This document shows positions 43,601 through 56,204 of a stretch of 64,000 nt of DNA, piece by piece. Each line of letters opens with the position of its first letter. The first letter of the stretch is position 1. This stretch comes from Tubiluchus corallicola. Lineage: Eukaryota > Animalia > Priapulida. Under the pieces are notes generated by a model that was given only the letters and a program-made list of their open reading frames with translations, was not told where the DNA came from and searched no databases. The stretch covers positions 194,841-258,840 of the forward strand of contig JAQGDQ010000334.1 in the NCBI GenBank assembly GCA_030141605.1, written 5' to 3'. The translations under genes and the position numbers were made by a program.

Positions 43601-44445
43601 ATTACATGACAACTTTGCGACGTCAGCATACATTTTTTCTTCGTGTTTATCGATGCCAAGTTGCAAATAAGACTACTTTTTAACAATTATTATAAAAATC
43701 GATTTTACTATTTATGTGTTAACTTACAATAATTAAAACCCATTTTCTTAACTCATACTTTTCAAAAATAATACATTACTCTATCAAAAGCAAACCTTTT
43801 AAGTTGAAAGCATTATCATGGCCTGATTATGCGTGCCAATGAATGCAAGACTGTCGCAAGTAAGTTTGCTCAATAGAATATAAAGTTTAGGTGATTCTGA
43901 CTTTTAACTTGTTTCATAATGTGAATCGTGCCACTTTCTATCATGCTGACCTGACAACCTTAAATTAGTTGTGTACACACAAATCTACTGTACATGCATG
44001 CACAGATGGTTGATACATTGTAGCATTCTGTAGCCACCAGTAGCACTTTGTGGCACTAGTAGCTGCACCTGTAGTGACGTACATGCATCCGGAATTTTTG
44101 TGACTGTCTACATGAAAAACTATCCGATGTTTTGGAAAGCACTGTGTTTCTCAAATGCAATAATTGCTCTTATTTGCAGTTGACATCTTAATGCACATGA
44201 TGTCATCCGTAATAAAAGAACTTGCATTAAAAGATAACATAAAAACAAAAACACTGACAACGTTACTTTTTATTTTAACTCCTTACAATTTATTTAAGGC
44301 CATCTTTTAGTACTAGAGGAAGTATTGTAAAGAGGAAGTGGCGTCACTTGAGCCAGCAGGTTTATACCTTGTCACAACTTTTGTCTCAAGTGATCCTGCT
44401 GGCACAAGTTACCACATTCTCGTGGTAGCTAAAATATTTAGGTAC

Positions 44446-44547
44446 CTTGATAAAGTAGTTCAAACCAGCGACTACTTGGGTAGCATATTGCTTTGCCATG
44501 AACTCCTTATAACTTTTGCCGCATTTTTGCTCCACAGCAGCTTTCAT
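44446..44547 (-). CDS. CSTB: Cystatin-B/stefin-like, exon 2
   Basis: ttactag|[34 protein letters not shown]|gtacct; 102 nt; contains the QVVAG inhibitory loop. Confidence 0.95.
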
Positions 44548-44766
44548 CTAGTAAACAAACAAACTTAATAAAATCTTACATTATAATGCACAATGTATGT
44601 ACTGCACTGCAATAATAAAAGCATAGATTCCTGCATGGCAGACATGGAAGAAATGAAGAACAGTTTTTACTCTGAATGTCGAGTAAAGTATGGAGAAGAC
44701 AAACCACTGACAGAACACAAACCAGTAACTATAGATTGGCAAGATTGTTAATGACAAAAGCTAGCT

Positions 44767-45473
44767 CAGTAGTTTTCAACTTTTTCTGATGGTGACCCAA
44801 TTGCTTTAGCTGCCCACGCATGACCCCAACCATTCCAGAGAGATGAAAATATGTATATCAAAAGGCATTTTTATAACTACTGACAAATATTTGTTTTAAA
44901 ATGTTTGAAAAATGTTTTAAATAATAATAGTTAGTTAAAAGCAAGATTGTAATCAGTGAGAAGGTTGAGCTTGCTTTTCAGAGTCCACCTTCTCAATTCA
45001 AGGTGCAGCAGCTGACAATGCCAGCATCATATCCTATTCCAATTGTAGTCATTTTCTGCACTTGTTTTTGACAACCGCCTGTTCACATAAATAGGACAAA
45101 GGATAAGGCATCAAAACTTTAGTGGCATGCCTCGTCAAGGTTGGGTATGAAAGGAGTATTTTCAGCCAGAATGATGGAGCTGGACAAGCTCCTCCTGAGT
45201 GGTATCCTCCTCACCAGAAACTGAGTTCAAGTGGAGCTTTGAAAGGGCCACGTACTACTGCAAAAGACTGCACACACATGCTCAGGAAAGTAGTATTCAA
45301 ACTCTTGAACGAGTGACCGAATATGACTGCTGAAAGACTGTCCACTCCAGTATCTTTGCAGTAGGAAAGACTGCTGTTCAAACCTTATCCGTTGAGCGCA
45401 GGTAGTTACTGAAATTGTACAAATTTTTTACACAGCAAACAAAGGTTTGCGACCCCAAGGTTGAAAAACCTCG
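44767..45473 (-). mobile_element. Internally deleted hAT (Charlie/Buster-type) DNA transposon
   Basis: Perfect 8-bp TSD agctagct (44759-44766 and 45474-45481) with central TA. Imperfect TIRs cagtagttttcaac / gttgaaaaacctcg. Minus-strand remnant FWLKILLSYPTLTRHATKVLMPYPLSYLCE of the hAT dimerization domain. Confidence 0.85.
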
Positions 45474-45741
45474 AGCTAGCTCACTGAAACATAATAACAT
45501 ATATTACTGCAAAGCACTATAAAGATAATTATGTAAACAGTGTATAAATATTTTAGTCACTGGAACAACATGAAGTGAACATTTTTACAGATGCTATCAA
45601 AACACTAATAATTGGCAAATGTTTCAACCTAATACTGAGTTAGGATAACAAACCACACATAAACTTGTGAAAATTGTGAATCAGAATTACATCTATGTGT
45701 TTAATCATTTGATGAACTTCTACTGTAAAATAAGAAATTAG

Positions 45742-46162
45742 CAATGGCGGCTCGTGTACAGGCACTGTTAAACTGCAGCACCCCCTATTTTCACTCGATA
45801 TTATCGATAACATTCAATACAGTTGCGCACATGCAGCCATTCGCACATGTCCGAGATACACTGCGCATGCTAGGTAGAAAGAGCACTGTCGCTCACGCAG
45901 TACAGACCCTGTTGTGCAAGTAGTGTTTCTTTTCGACTCAGCGTGTGTTATGCTCAAAAACTGTACCATATCCTTGAATGTGATAAAGTGTAGAATTAAA
46001 TGATTATCATACTTTCAGCTATTCTAATTAATTTAAAGTTTTTTGGTTATTTTATTTTTTGCATCCCCAAGAAATAAGTATTATTTAACACATAGTATTA
46101 AAACAACAGTAAAAGTTGTCTGAAGCAGCACCCCTACTAATCTTAGCTACGAGCCGCTACTT
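45742..46162. mobile_element. Non-autonomous MITE with 8-bp TSD (hAT-like)
   Basis: TSD gaaattag at 45734-45741 and 46163-46170; TIRs caatggcggctcgt / acgagccgctactt; subterminal gcagcaccccct near both ends. Confidence 0.8.
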
Positions 46163-46899
46163 GAAATTAGGCATAAAAGGCCACAAATGTCATAAAAAAT
46201 GAGGAAAGAAACATGATAAGAACCCAAAGAAACCAATTCCAAAAACCAGAAAAAAGAATTAGACTGGTATTAGGCAAGAACTGTGCAACGTTGACATTTC
46301 TACAAACCAATAAGACAGCCCTACAAACAAAACAGAGCAGTATTAACATCACGCATTAGTTAAATCATGTTTAACAGGGATCATTAAATGCATCGATCAC
46401 ACTTTTCAGTAATACTACAGGATACTACAGAAAAATACAGAAATACTACCAGCCAAACTAATGAAGCATTTGCTACTAAAAAGAGACATATATACATGTA
46501 TACAGTACATATAATTAACTGATAAGAGCCTACAGAGTTGAGAGGTAGGCGGTCATGATGGCAACTCAGATATGAAGACAAACTAGGCTAGTGTGTTATT
46601 ACATTGCGTGAAGCACCAAAACACATAAACACAAAAGCAAAAAATGATGATAGTATGCTGGCAAATGAGTCGGAAGAATTATGTAAAGTGACAGAGCAAA
46701 GAAAACAACATTTTCTTGCATTAATGGAGTCTGTGACAAACATAATATTTATATCTGATTGCAAACATAAAGTCAATTAGTTAAAATTTAAATGACATGA
46801 AATGATTAAAATCCCTTAGAACGATAACTGAGTGCAACATTACAATGAAAGTGTGTGGTGTTACAACTCAAGGCACAAATTCCAGCATGCTATTATCCG

Positions 46900-47420
46900 A
46901 GTAGCAAAGAGTTAACAAATGTCTCTGAAGATAATGATCTTGGTGTTATGAACTGTTTCTCACGAGGTAAACTTCTGCTCATATAACTAAAATATGTAAG
47001 AAGGTAAACAGAATGACTGGTTTGATCAAAATGAAGTTTTGTTAAATCATGAGCTGAAACAAGTGTTATTCTATATAAGGCACATACTCTGGAGTACTCG
47101 TGTGTAGTCTGGTCTCCTTCGTTTCAGGTCGATATCAAGTGACTGCAGAAAGTTCAGGACAGGTGCCTACATTTATGTTATGGAGCTGATTTATGTAGAA
47201 AGATATGCACTCTTCATCAGCAAAGAGAAACTGCTATTTTATATGAGGTATGCAAATACCTGAATGATAATCATATTATGTGTGAGAAACTATTTAAAGC
47301 TTCATCTCTACAGTTTACTCGCAGTCACTCCAAAAAACTGCTCAAATTCTATGCAAGAACTAACTGCAAGAGCACGTTCTTTTCTTACCGTGTGATGGAC
47401 AAGTGGAATAGTTTACTAGA
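46900..47420 (+). mobile_element. Old CR1 3' fragment in cystatin intron 1
   Basis: Remnants DLGV, LEYSCVVWSP, QKVQ, TRSHSKKL and FFSYRVMDKWNSL. Confidence 0.7.
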
Positions 47421-47625
47421 GTGTTATTAGTACACCAAAATTAATTTAAACCTTTTTATTTTAAGGCGAGATGAGAACTTCAAGCTATCTATATACGCTT
47501 TAACTTTAAGAAGCCAATACTTTTATGAAAGTAAGAAATGCCATTGTGAAATTGTAAGTGCAACTTTCATCACGTACTAAATGTCCGACATACTTATGCC
47601 TAAGAAGTAAGAGACAATTCTTTAC

Positions 47626-47691
47626 CTGGTCACAAACGGCTTGTATTTCTTCGTCTGCTTCCTTTGTTGCACCGATGCCTCCGCACATCAT
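47626..47691 (-). CDS. CSTB: Cystatin-B/stefin-like (type 1 cystatin), exon 1
   Basis: MMCGGIGATKEADEEIQAVCDQ|gtaaag; 66 nt; typical stefin MMCG N-terminus. Confidence 0.92.
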
Positions 47692-48291
47692 GATGAAAAG
47701 TATTTTAAGTGTGCAGAGTTCTAAACAAAAACGTCTGTGTGCGTGTCCTCTACAGAGGGGATGAGTATAATCAGAGCACGTGAACCAAGAATAATCGACT
47801 CATCAGAAATGACCATGAATAACAAACACGTGTTTCTTGTTCAATGTTTATATCACCACGGGTCATGACTCATGTGCCGCCAAGCGTATTTTTGAGCCGC
47901 AGCGCCGCCTATCAGCAAATAAAATACTAAAAATGCATAATAGAAATTATTAAAAAATTTCAAGATGACCATGCGAAATACAACTGATCTCATCGTCGTT
48001 GTCTAGGACTAGGTGTTTCTACGTTCTAAGACATGGTGACACGCCCCATCTAGCTGTTGATGGTATGCATTCCTTGCCCATGATACGTCAACCCTCATAT
48101 CTAGAGTTGTATTTACTAAATCTTTTTGCATTATATATGTATATGTTTGGAGCTGATCCCCTCTCCACTTTTTTGCCGTTTCAAGAGCTTTACGTAATGC
48201 TATAGACTACAGGAACAGGAGACTCTTGGGGTAGTCTTAGTGCATGCCTAATTCAATGCATTCTTACTTGGGCTTGTTTATTCAAAGAGTT

Positions 48292-50240
48292 AGATAAGAT
48301 AAGATAAGATAAGATAATGTTTATTTTCATCGGTATGATATAAAACAGTACATATTTGTAAAACATGAGCTTAAAGCTCGTAAACCGATATCAAACATAA
48401 TGTATATGAGCGATAACATGGTAATAATATGTACTTCTTAATAACTTTTAGATGCCACCTACATGAAAGACAGTAAAAATTTAGGCAGTGACATTTTCTA
48501 AAATTTACACAAAAAGCTATGGTCAATAAAAATTTTTCCTGCCAACACATTCAGCATTTAATTAAGACTTAATAAAATTGGGAAGTTCGCTGAATTTACA
48601 AATTGCACATTTACATGATGCACCAGTCCATGAGTTAATTAGAAGTTTAAATTCCCCAAGAATTTCGGCCATTCGGAGACAGTTTGGTAATTCATTCCAC
48701 AATGTGGCTCCATAATAGGAGAAACTTTTCTTTCCGTATGTAACACCATCATATGTAGGGTGTTCTGCAGTGTTCATTTTTCTGAGGAAGTAGCGGTTTT
48801 GCTTTCGTTCCTCTATCAGTCCATAGAGATAGGACGGGCAGTTTTTGGACAAAATCTTGAATACTTCGATAACAATGAGACGTTGTCTCTGAAGTTGAAG
48901 AGACACAAAATTGTCTTTAAACAATAGATTTTCGTAGGTACTTTCGAAATCATTATAAACTAGACGGAGCGCTCTGAAATTCAAACGCTCTAACTTCTGG
49001 CTATTTGATGTACTACAGAAATGCCAGATTACGGGGCAGAAATTAAAATTCGGCTTGACAAACGAAAGGTAGATGAGTTTTCGACATTTTACCGACAGGT
49101 TTCGCCCAATACGGCGTAGAACATTAATCTGTTTAGCTGCTTTTTGCACAGGGCTGAAATGTGCGAGTCAAAATTCAGGCGATAGTCTATATTTACACCA
49201 AGAAGTTTCACCTCATCTGTACATTCAATATCCGCTCCTTTGATGTTGAAAGTAGGTTTCAGGTCGTGTGTAATTTTGCCCACAGCAATCCCCTGAAACT
49301 TCCCCGGATTTGCTTCCATCTGGTTGGAAGCAAACCAGTCGACCAGTTACTTTCAACTTCTAAGGTTTGTTTCATATCATTAAATGATTTACTGGAGTAG
49401 GAAACAGTATTATCATCAGCACAGTTGTACAAGGTGGATTTACTGACAAAATGGAAGATATCATTAATAAAACAATTAAAAAGTACAGGTCCAGTTAAGG
49501 ATCCCTGAGGAACGCCTTTATCCATAGGAAGGGGTGAGCTCTGGACGTTCCCGATCTGAACAAGTTGTTTTCTGTCAGTAAGGTAGCTTTTGATCAAATT
49601 TACAGCATTTTCTGATAAATTATAGCACCTTAACTTTTCCAACAATAAATTGTGTGGAAGGCTGTCAAACGCCTTTGAAAGATCCATCAGGATGGCACCA
49701 ACATAGTTACCGGCCTCCAGTCCCTTCCTCCACTCTTCGGTTAACCCTAACAGTGCTGACTGGCAGCTGTATCCACTACGGTAGGCTGACAAGAGTGGGT
49801 GAAAGTGTCGGGACATATGGTCACCAAGCTGGTCCACCATGGCTCTCTCAAACACCTTTGAAGCTATAGGAAGAACACTGACTGGACGGTAGTTTTTCTT
49901 GTTCAACGCATCATCTTTTTTGAACACTGGGGTGACGCGAGCATGCTTAAATTCATCTGGAAAAACTGAACAGTCAAACATCTGATTTATGAGACCAGTT
50001 AATTGAGGCAGAAAGGCCTCTTTGACTACTTTTAGAATTTTTACAGGAATATTGTAGGAATCTTCATTGTAGTTCTTCATCACTTTTTTAGCGTTGTTCA
50101 GCCTGATCGAGTGCACATCATTAACACTCATACACACCATCATTGGATACTCTGTCAAGACATTTAATTCCCAGTAAATTTCTGCAGAGACTTTTTTGAA
50201 AAGCATCAATTTCGTTTTGCTGCTTAGCCTTTTATTGTCC
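48292..50240 (-). mobile_element. Degenerate 5'-truncated LINE (CR1/Crack-like) between the cystatin and TMEM39 genes
   Basis: Three frameshifted ORFs (49259-50242, 49089-49319, 48562-49149) with NYRPVS, MDLSKAFD and GVPQGS. Catalytic YADD reads CADD; C-terminal CKCAIC; AATAAA and a (TTATC)n tail at ~48292-48325. Confidence 0.9.
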
Positions 50241-52008
50241 ATTGCCCAGCATTGTACAAAAACACAGATTCAACTAAAATTGAAAGGATCCGAACGATAA
50301 ACGTCCTCTTGTACCATCATCATCATCATCATAGGTGCTTCCATTATGCAACACAGCACCACTCATAATTTTGATGCCATGTTCCCCCGATCTACATGTT
50401 TCTCTTGTAGTATGTGTTTAAAACTTAACGAAAATGCTATTAACAGCGGATAGGTGGCGCACAAAAAGAAAAATGTCAGCTATCAGTCTGAAATTTTGGA
50501 TTATTGGCGTTTGTTACATATATAGCAAATTTATTGAACTTTCGTTTTAAATTTAGTCTGAATTATTTTATATCGATTATAGAAATATACCTAGAGCGCA
50601 TTGCCTAAGACGATCAAATTACCGTAAGTTGGCGGCGCGGCATGTATCTTACCGTATGCTGGTTTATGTTTTACCCACAGTAATCCTCTCTAGCCAGAGT
50701 TGGAAGATCTTAGAAAGGATTTTTAGGTTGGCGTCCTACTAATGGTCTAAGAGAGGTAACTGGGGTGGGGGAGGGGATTGCAGCAAAGGTCTATAGATTT
50801 AAGAGCAAAACTCAAAAATTTGAAAACTAATTTCTAAAATGTCATGCGCGATTCATATTTATTATTTTCACCACTTACATGTATTTCTATTGGCAGTACA
50901 GCCAGTATCTTCATGAATATTGATTAACATTAGCAATGAATTTAAACGGTTCAAAACTGTGATGCTTAGCATGATAATACTTTGCTACATCAGTACATGT
51001 GTTACTTAAATTTCAGAGCCACATTCCTCATACTGTTAGTGTTACATGTTAGTAAAGCTCACAGAATTCTTACGCTTATCAGCGAAACTTCGCTTATTTA
51101 GATAGGTCCTTAATATTCCAATTGTGCAAGTCAATGGTTAGGCCAATTTCGTAGCATGTTGTTTGCAATCCAGCTAGGCAAGACATGATATGAAACATTG
51201 AATCTGTTTGAGCTACTAGTACTAGCCTTGTACCAGCAATTTCTGGACTACCGTAGTCTATGAGAAACACACGATAAGACAGAAAACTAAACTCCACTCA
51301 TAAAGGCAGGCTACGAGACATACTATGAATTTTATTTCACACATCAAAAAATACAATATCAAACACGTTAATAAACTTTAAATAAAATAATTTGGGTAGT
51401 GCGAGGTGAGTGTACGACCATACGGTCATTAACACACTCACCTTATTTAAATAAAAAAATAATTATAGTTATGCATGCTTCTGTAGATAACTTAATGTAA
51501 ATAAGGATGAAGTAAATGATGTAATAATAGCAATGGTATAAGAGCAATAAATCTGAAAGTTGAGAAAGGAAATCATAATATGTAATTATGACTTTGAGTG
51601 AGCCTTAAATAGTGAAAAAAAATTTTTAAATGGTTACCAATATGAATTATATGATTATCTATCAATGTACCACTTACTTGTATTACAATGCACCATATTG
51701 CTTACTTGTACATACAATGATATACATAAACACAAATACACATACTTTATTCACCGGTGGGCATGTGCACTTCAAATTAGGCCTTACAAAGATTATGTCA
51801 TCACACTAGTAATATCCAACAAAGGTTAACATAAAGCTGTCTTTGTCACAGTTTGTTATCAATGATACCAGCTTGTTATTATACCTAACTGAATTGACGT
51901 AAAGTCTTTTATTTTATTCTGTTAAGTTCAAATGCTTTTTTGTAGCACTGCTTAATATTTCAGGTTTGTTGCTTGATATTATTGTGTGTGCAAGGAAAAC
52001 CTGAAAGT

Positions 52009-52061
52009 ATGCCCGTTAACCGCAGAAATGTAACAAAATTAGATGAAGGCTCAAAAACAGG
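52009..52061 (+). CDS. TMEM39: TMEM39 family membrane protein, coding exon 1
   Basis: Acceptor tttcag ending 51963, then ATG: MPVNRRNVTKLDEGSKT(G)|gtaagt, phase 2. Resembles the MPGGRR start of TMEM39A. Confidence 0.8.
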
Positions 52062-52323
52062 GTAAGTTAATGAAGCTTTATCAGCACTTTATTTATGTCA
52101 GTTGTGAAAAATTGCAGCAATTTGCGATTATTTAGAAAATTGCTAACCTTCCCACCTTTTCCATTTGATTGTGAATAGAAGCTTTGGTGACAGCATAGGC
52201 ACTAAATAATTCCACTGGCACTATGTTCAGGCTTGAAAACTTTATTCATGGTAACATAGGTCTATGGTCTATACACATACTTAACTTCACGGAACATTTT
52301 TGTGTGAATTTTCTGTATTTCAG

Positions 52324-52525
52324 TCCAATGTCGCCAGGAGGGGCGCCACTCGCAACAGTTGTTATTTTACCGAAGCATGTAGCTTTGCCGTATGTGCCTA
52401 CAGATGGTTGTTTCCAGTTCCAAATAACTGTACTCTTCTATAGTTTACTGGCCCTTGGATTACAGTATATGAACTTATATAGGACTGTATGGTGGCTGCC
52501 CCATTCTCATACAAGACAAGCATTG
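52324..52525 (+). CDS. TMEM39: TMEM39, coding exon 2
   Basis: PMSPGGAPLATVVILPKHVALPYVPTDGCFQFQITVLFYSLLALGLQYMNLYRTVWWLPHSHTRQAL; QYxNxYxTVWW family motif; ag/gtaag boundaries. Confidence 0.93.
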
Positions 52526-52563
52526 GTAAGATGGTTTTAAATATTTACTTGTATGATGATGCT

Positions 52564-52805
52564 AATAAGATAGTGCTCTTGTGAGACTTGCCATGGTCAT
52601 AATCGTAAAGAAGACAAAGTGCCCATTAAGTCTCGAAAATTTTTAATTTTCACAGGAGCTTTCATCTTTCACAGACTTCGTCAGCTGAAGTCAACTTAGG
52701 CCATACGAGCTGATTTCAGCAGACGGTCCATGAAAATGAAAGCTCCTGTGAAAAATAAACATTTTTGAGACTTAATCGGCACTTTGTGTTCTTTATGATG
52801 ATGAC
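52564..52805. mobile_element. Long inverted-repeat (hairpin) element, copy 2, in a TMEM39 intron
   Basis: Near-complete palindrome 52598-52804 (aaagtgcc.attaagtctc..ttttcacaggagctttcat / atgaaagctcctgtgaaaa..gagacttaat.ggcacttt). Shares aataagatagtgctctt with the reverse complement of copy 1. Confidence 0.75.
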
Positions 52806-53937
52806 AATTCTTAGATTAGATATCAGTGCCAATGTTTGTTACAGAGTTTTAAAAAAGATGAAATCCACTAGGAGTTTTAGCACTAACACTGAATAAGTCT
52901 TATTGACAAAAATAGTAACAATGAATAAAAAATCCCACAATTCAAAAGTAAGGAAAGAGAAAGAAATGGCATAAATGTTTCAAACTGCCGCAGTAGTTCT
53001 TCAAGTGACCAAAACAGAACGAATAAAAAGAAAATTATTAGAATTACTAGAAGTACTGAACTAATTTTTCTGCGGAATTTTTTGTTTTTAAGTTTTATTA
53101 GCACATGAAAAGGATGTCACACTTGAAAGGATATAAGCATATAGAAGAGACACAGAAGCACAGTAAATAAAAAATGCAAGGGAGAAACACAGAAGTATAA
53201 AATCAATGCCACTGTCAGATATGCACAACAGAAGTTAATGTGATGCAACATTAGCTTCTTTATGGTCCGTGAGCATTAGTAAGGATGTTTTAGACATTTT
53301 ACATCATTTTACTATTGTCTGCTTGCACAACGATGCTAATCATTAGATCAGAGATCATTATAAATGGCTTGTTACAACTTTTATGCAGTTCACTAATAAT
53401 TCTAGCATTGTTTCAAATGCTACTAAACATGTGCATGAAATGTTAACTAATGTGGTAGCTGTTTTGACTTCTGTTCAGACAAATTGGATTTTGAAATTAG
53501 ATCATTTGTGGGTTCATTCATTATTACTTATAAAAAAGTTTAGTTTAGTTTTGTTTACTAAAATTAATCTCTAAATTAGTAATTATTGTAGTGTGTGTAA
53601 AATAACTCTGAGAAACATGGAATTGATTAGTGAGTTATAAAGGTTAACTTAAACCTTGTCATTATCACTGTGTTCTAGTGATTATGGTATTAGACATGTG
53701 ATCTGAAGGCAAAGGTCCCTAGTTCAAATAGAGGTTTAGCCAGTTTTGATTTTTTTCTTTGTTTTAGGCAAGTTTTGTTTCAAAAGTCCAATTATTCTAT
53801 CTTTAATGAATGGTTTTGAAACTAAATTGTAAATAATTAATTTGGTGCAAATTAGCTTAGTAGAAACAGGAGAATAGTATGGTTAATCTATATTTTTTAA
53901 ATCAAACAATAAACAAAAGTAATTATTGTTTTTTTAG

Positions 53938-54021
53938 AATTTCTATATGATAGACAAAAATATTCTGGCATTTATCACGGGCATTCTTACTCGAAGTTTA
54001 GTTTGGACTTTTATTTGTCAG
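53938..54021 (+). CDS. TMEM39: TMEM39, coding exon 3
   Basis: NFYMIDKNILAFITGILTRSLVWTFICQ (cf. [23 protein letters not shown]); 84 nt, phase 0/0. Confidence 0.9.
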
Positions 54022-54628
54022 GTAAGATTGATTGTGTTTTAATATTTAATGGGTAGACATTCATTCCAGTGTTCTGCGCATACAGTATAGTGTATATAAT
54101 TATAGATTTCGGGTAGTGCAGAAAAATAGGTATAGTCGTATTATGAGCGTTACTCAATCATACTAAAATCTTTATAGATTTTCATCATAAATCAGGCTAT
54201 TATTTCGTACTTGTTTATTTGTGTCTGTAATTACGCTGTTGCTACAATGTGACTACATTCATAGGGAGTGTACTACAATGGGGAAGAAGCCAGTGACATA
54301 CTGGAAGAAGCAGTTCTTTTTTTATTTTTTACATGATCTTCGGAGATCTGGCCACGAACATCCAGGAGTTTTTTATTTCATTGGTTGTGGTGGTCTCTAT
54401 GGTCGTCATCCGGTGTGACGGGGACTTAATTGTGTGACATACTTTTTGTGCCACTTTGTATTTACAAACCACCCTGTACCTACTGGTTATTATCATTAAC
54501 ACAAGCAGAGGCATGTTTTCATATTTGTTCAAGTCATTATCATTGTTGACACTGTTCATGTAAAGGTTAACGAATATTGTCAAAATGGAACCAAATGTCG
54601 TACACGTGAATTTTTATAATTTTTGCAG

Positions 54629-54780
54629 AGTTGCAGTAGCCAGAAACGATCAGTCAAATACTGGCTTCTACAGCTTGTTAAAGGTTGTGTCACGCTCACA
54701 TGGACAACAGCTTCCTGCTATTTTTTTTACCACATTGTTATGAAATATTCTCTTATACACATCTTGTATTTGTGTTATCC
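54629..54780 (+). CDS. TMEM39: TMEM39, coding exon 4
   Basis: SCSSQKRSVKYWLLQLVKGCVTLTWTTASCYFFYHIVMKYSLIHILYLCY(P); ttgcag/gtaagt; phase 0/2. Confidence 0.85.
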
Positions 54781-55539
54781 GTAAGTACAGCATTACTCCT
54801 TTTGATTGGCAATTAGTTCAGTTTGCTGTTTACAATTTCTATTGTTCAGTTGTTTCTCAAAATAAGCTATGTAATTATTTTATTATGATTATTTCATTTT
54901 TGTCCAAATCAAGCTGTTTCGCATCTTTGACGCATTTTCTAGTATTGAACATTCGCTCTTATTATGAAATATCTTTCCCTTTGAGAACAATAAACTCTCT
55001 TTTCAACTGTGAAGTGTTTAGTTGGGCTTGTCACTTGTGTCTTGTTTGAGCTTTGGCTGAAAAATGAACTTTTTGCAAAAACTGTGGTTGTCTTTTCCTC
55101 AAAATTTCACGAGCAGAACTACTAATTTCACGAGTAGAACGTCAGTAATTTTATGCAATTTACACTTCTGTGCTTTTTAGTTACTCAATGTAAGCCATCA
55201 ATCACTGACCAGGGAGTAAAAATTATGATTGCATGTTTTTTTATTTCGTCATCACCTTTAGTTATGTAATTATCTGATCAGCCTGCCTAAGCAATTTAAC
55301 ACTAGAGTACATGTATATTTATTATGTGAATGTTTAAATGGCCAACTTTATCCATTTAGGCTCCATAAAGATGTTGCACCTAAATGTATAGTAGCTGAAT
55401 TATGTGCTTGTATATGTGACTGTAATGTACATGTACGTACATGCTCCCACAAAGTTTGTTTATTGTGTGTCTTTACAAATTTTGTTTATTTTAAAGTTGA
55501 AAATGAAACTGATATTCTATTTATTCTTTTTCTCCTTAG

Positions 55540-55625
55540 TGTGCTGATATATTTTGTCTTGTTTGGAATGAAACCAGATGGATTGTGGTTTCTTAAAAAG
55601 TCAATTGAAGCAACAAAGTTAGTGG
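55540..55625 (+). CDS. TMEM39: TMEM39, coding exon 5
   Basis: VLIYFVLFGMKPDGLWFLKKSIEATKLV(G); polypyrimidine acceptor, donor gttagt; phase 2/1 fits both neighbours. Confidence 0.8.
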
Positions 55626-56040
55626 GTTAGTAAATAGGTGTAATTATTCTGATATACTTTTTAATCCACTTTAGATTGCTTGTAAACAACATTTACATCT
55701 TAAAACATCCGCTTTTTTTGCGCAGGCTTATTGCTTAAGTTGGTTATGTGCAAACATTGCACCTATGTGATGGTGTATATCTACTTCTTTTTATTAAAGT
55801 TCTTTTATTAATATCATAATAAGGATGAGCTATTTCTGTTCAAGAGACAATGTGCTGTCTTCAAAACTTTCAAAATATTAATATGGTACTGTTGAATAGC
55901 TTACTCATTGTCAACTTGAACATGACTTTGCATGAAAACTAGAGTCTAGTTTTAAAATGTCACATTGCATTTATAAGAGGACACTGACAAGTGTTGTGAA
56001 CAAAGTCCTAAGCGTTGTCTTCATTTTTCTGTATTTCTAG

Positions 56041-56204
56041 GTAAGAATGGTCGTCCACAACATACATGCTCATTGGTTTCAGAGACAATTCGTGAAGAAG
56101 TAGAGTCATTGAAACTTGATTTTAATAAATGCATGAAGGACATTTTGTTCAACTCACTTTATTATGCATATTACTGTGGCTTTATACCTTGCTGTTTTAC
56201 ACAA
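56041..56204 (+). CDS. TMEM39: TMEM39, coding exon 6
   Basis: KNGRPQHTCSLVSETIREEVESLKLDFNKCMKDILFNSLYYAYYCGFIPCCFTQ (cf. [32 protein letters not shown]). Confidence 0.93.

Noticed and set aside
54178-54418. Extra TMEM39 exon (ORF 54221-54418)
   Set aside because: No family similarity, an in-frame stop from the nearby acceptor, and exons 3 and 4 join in frame without it.
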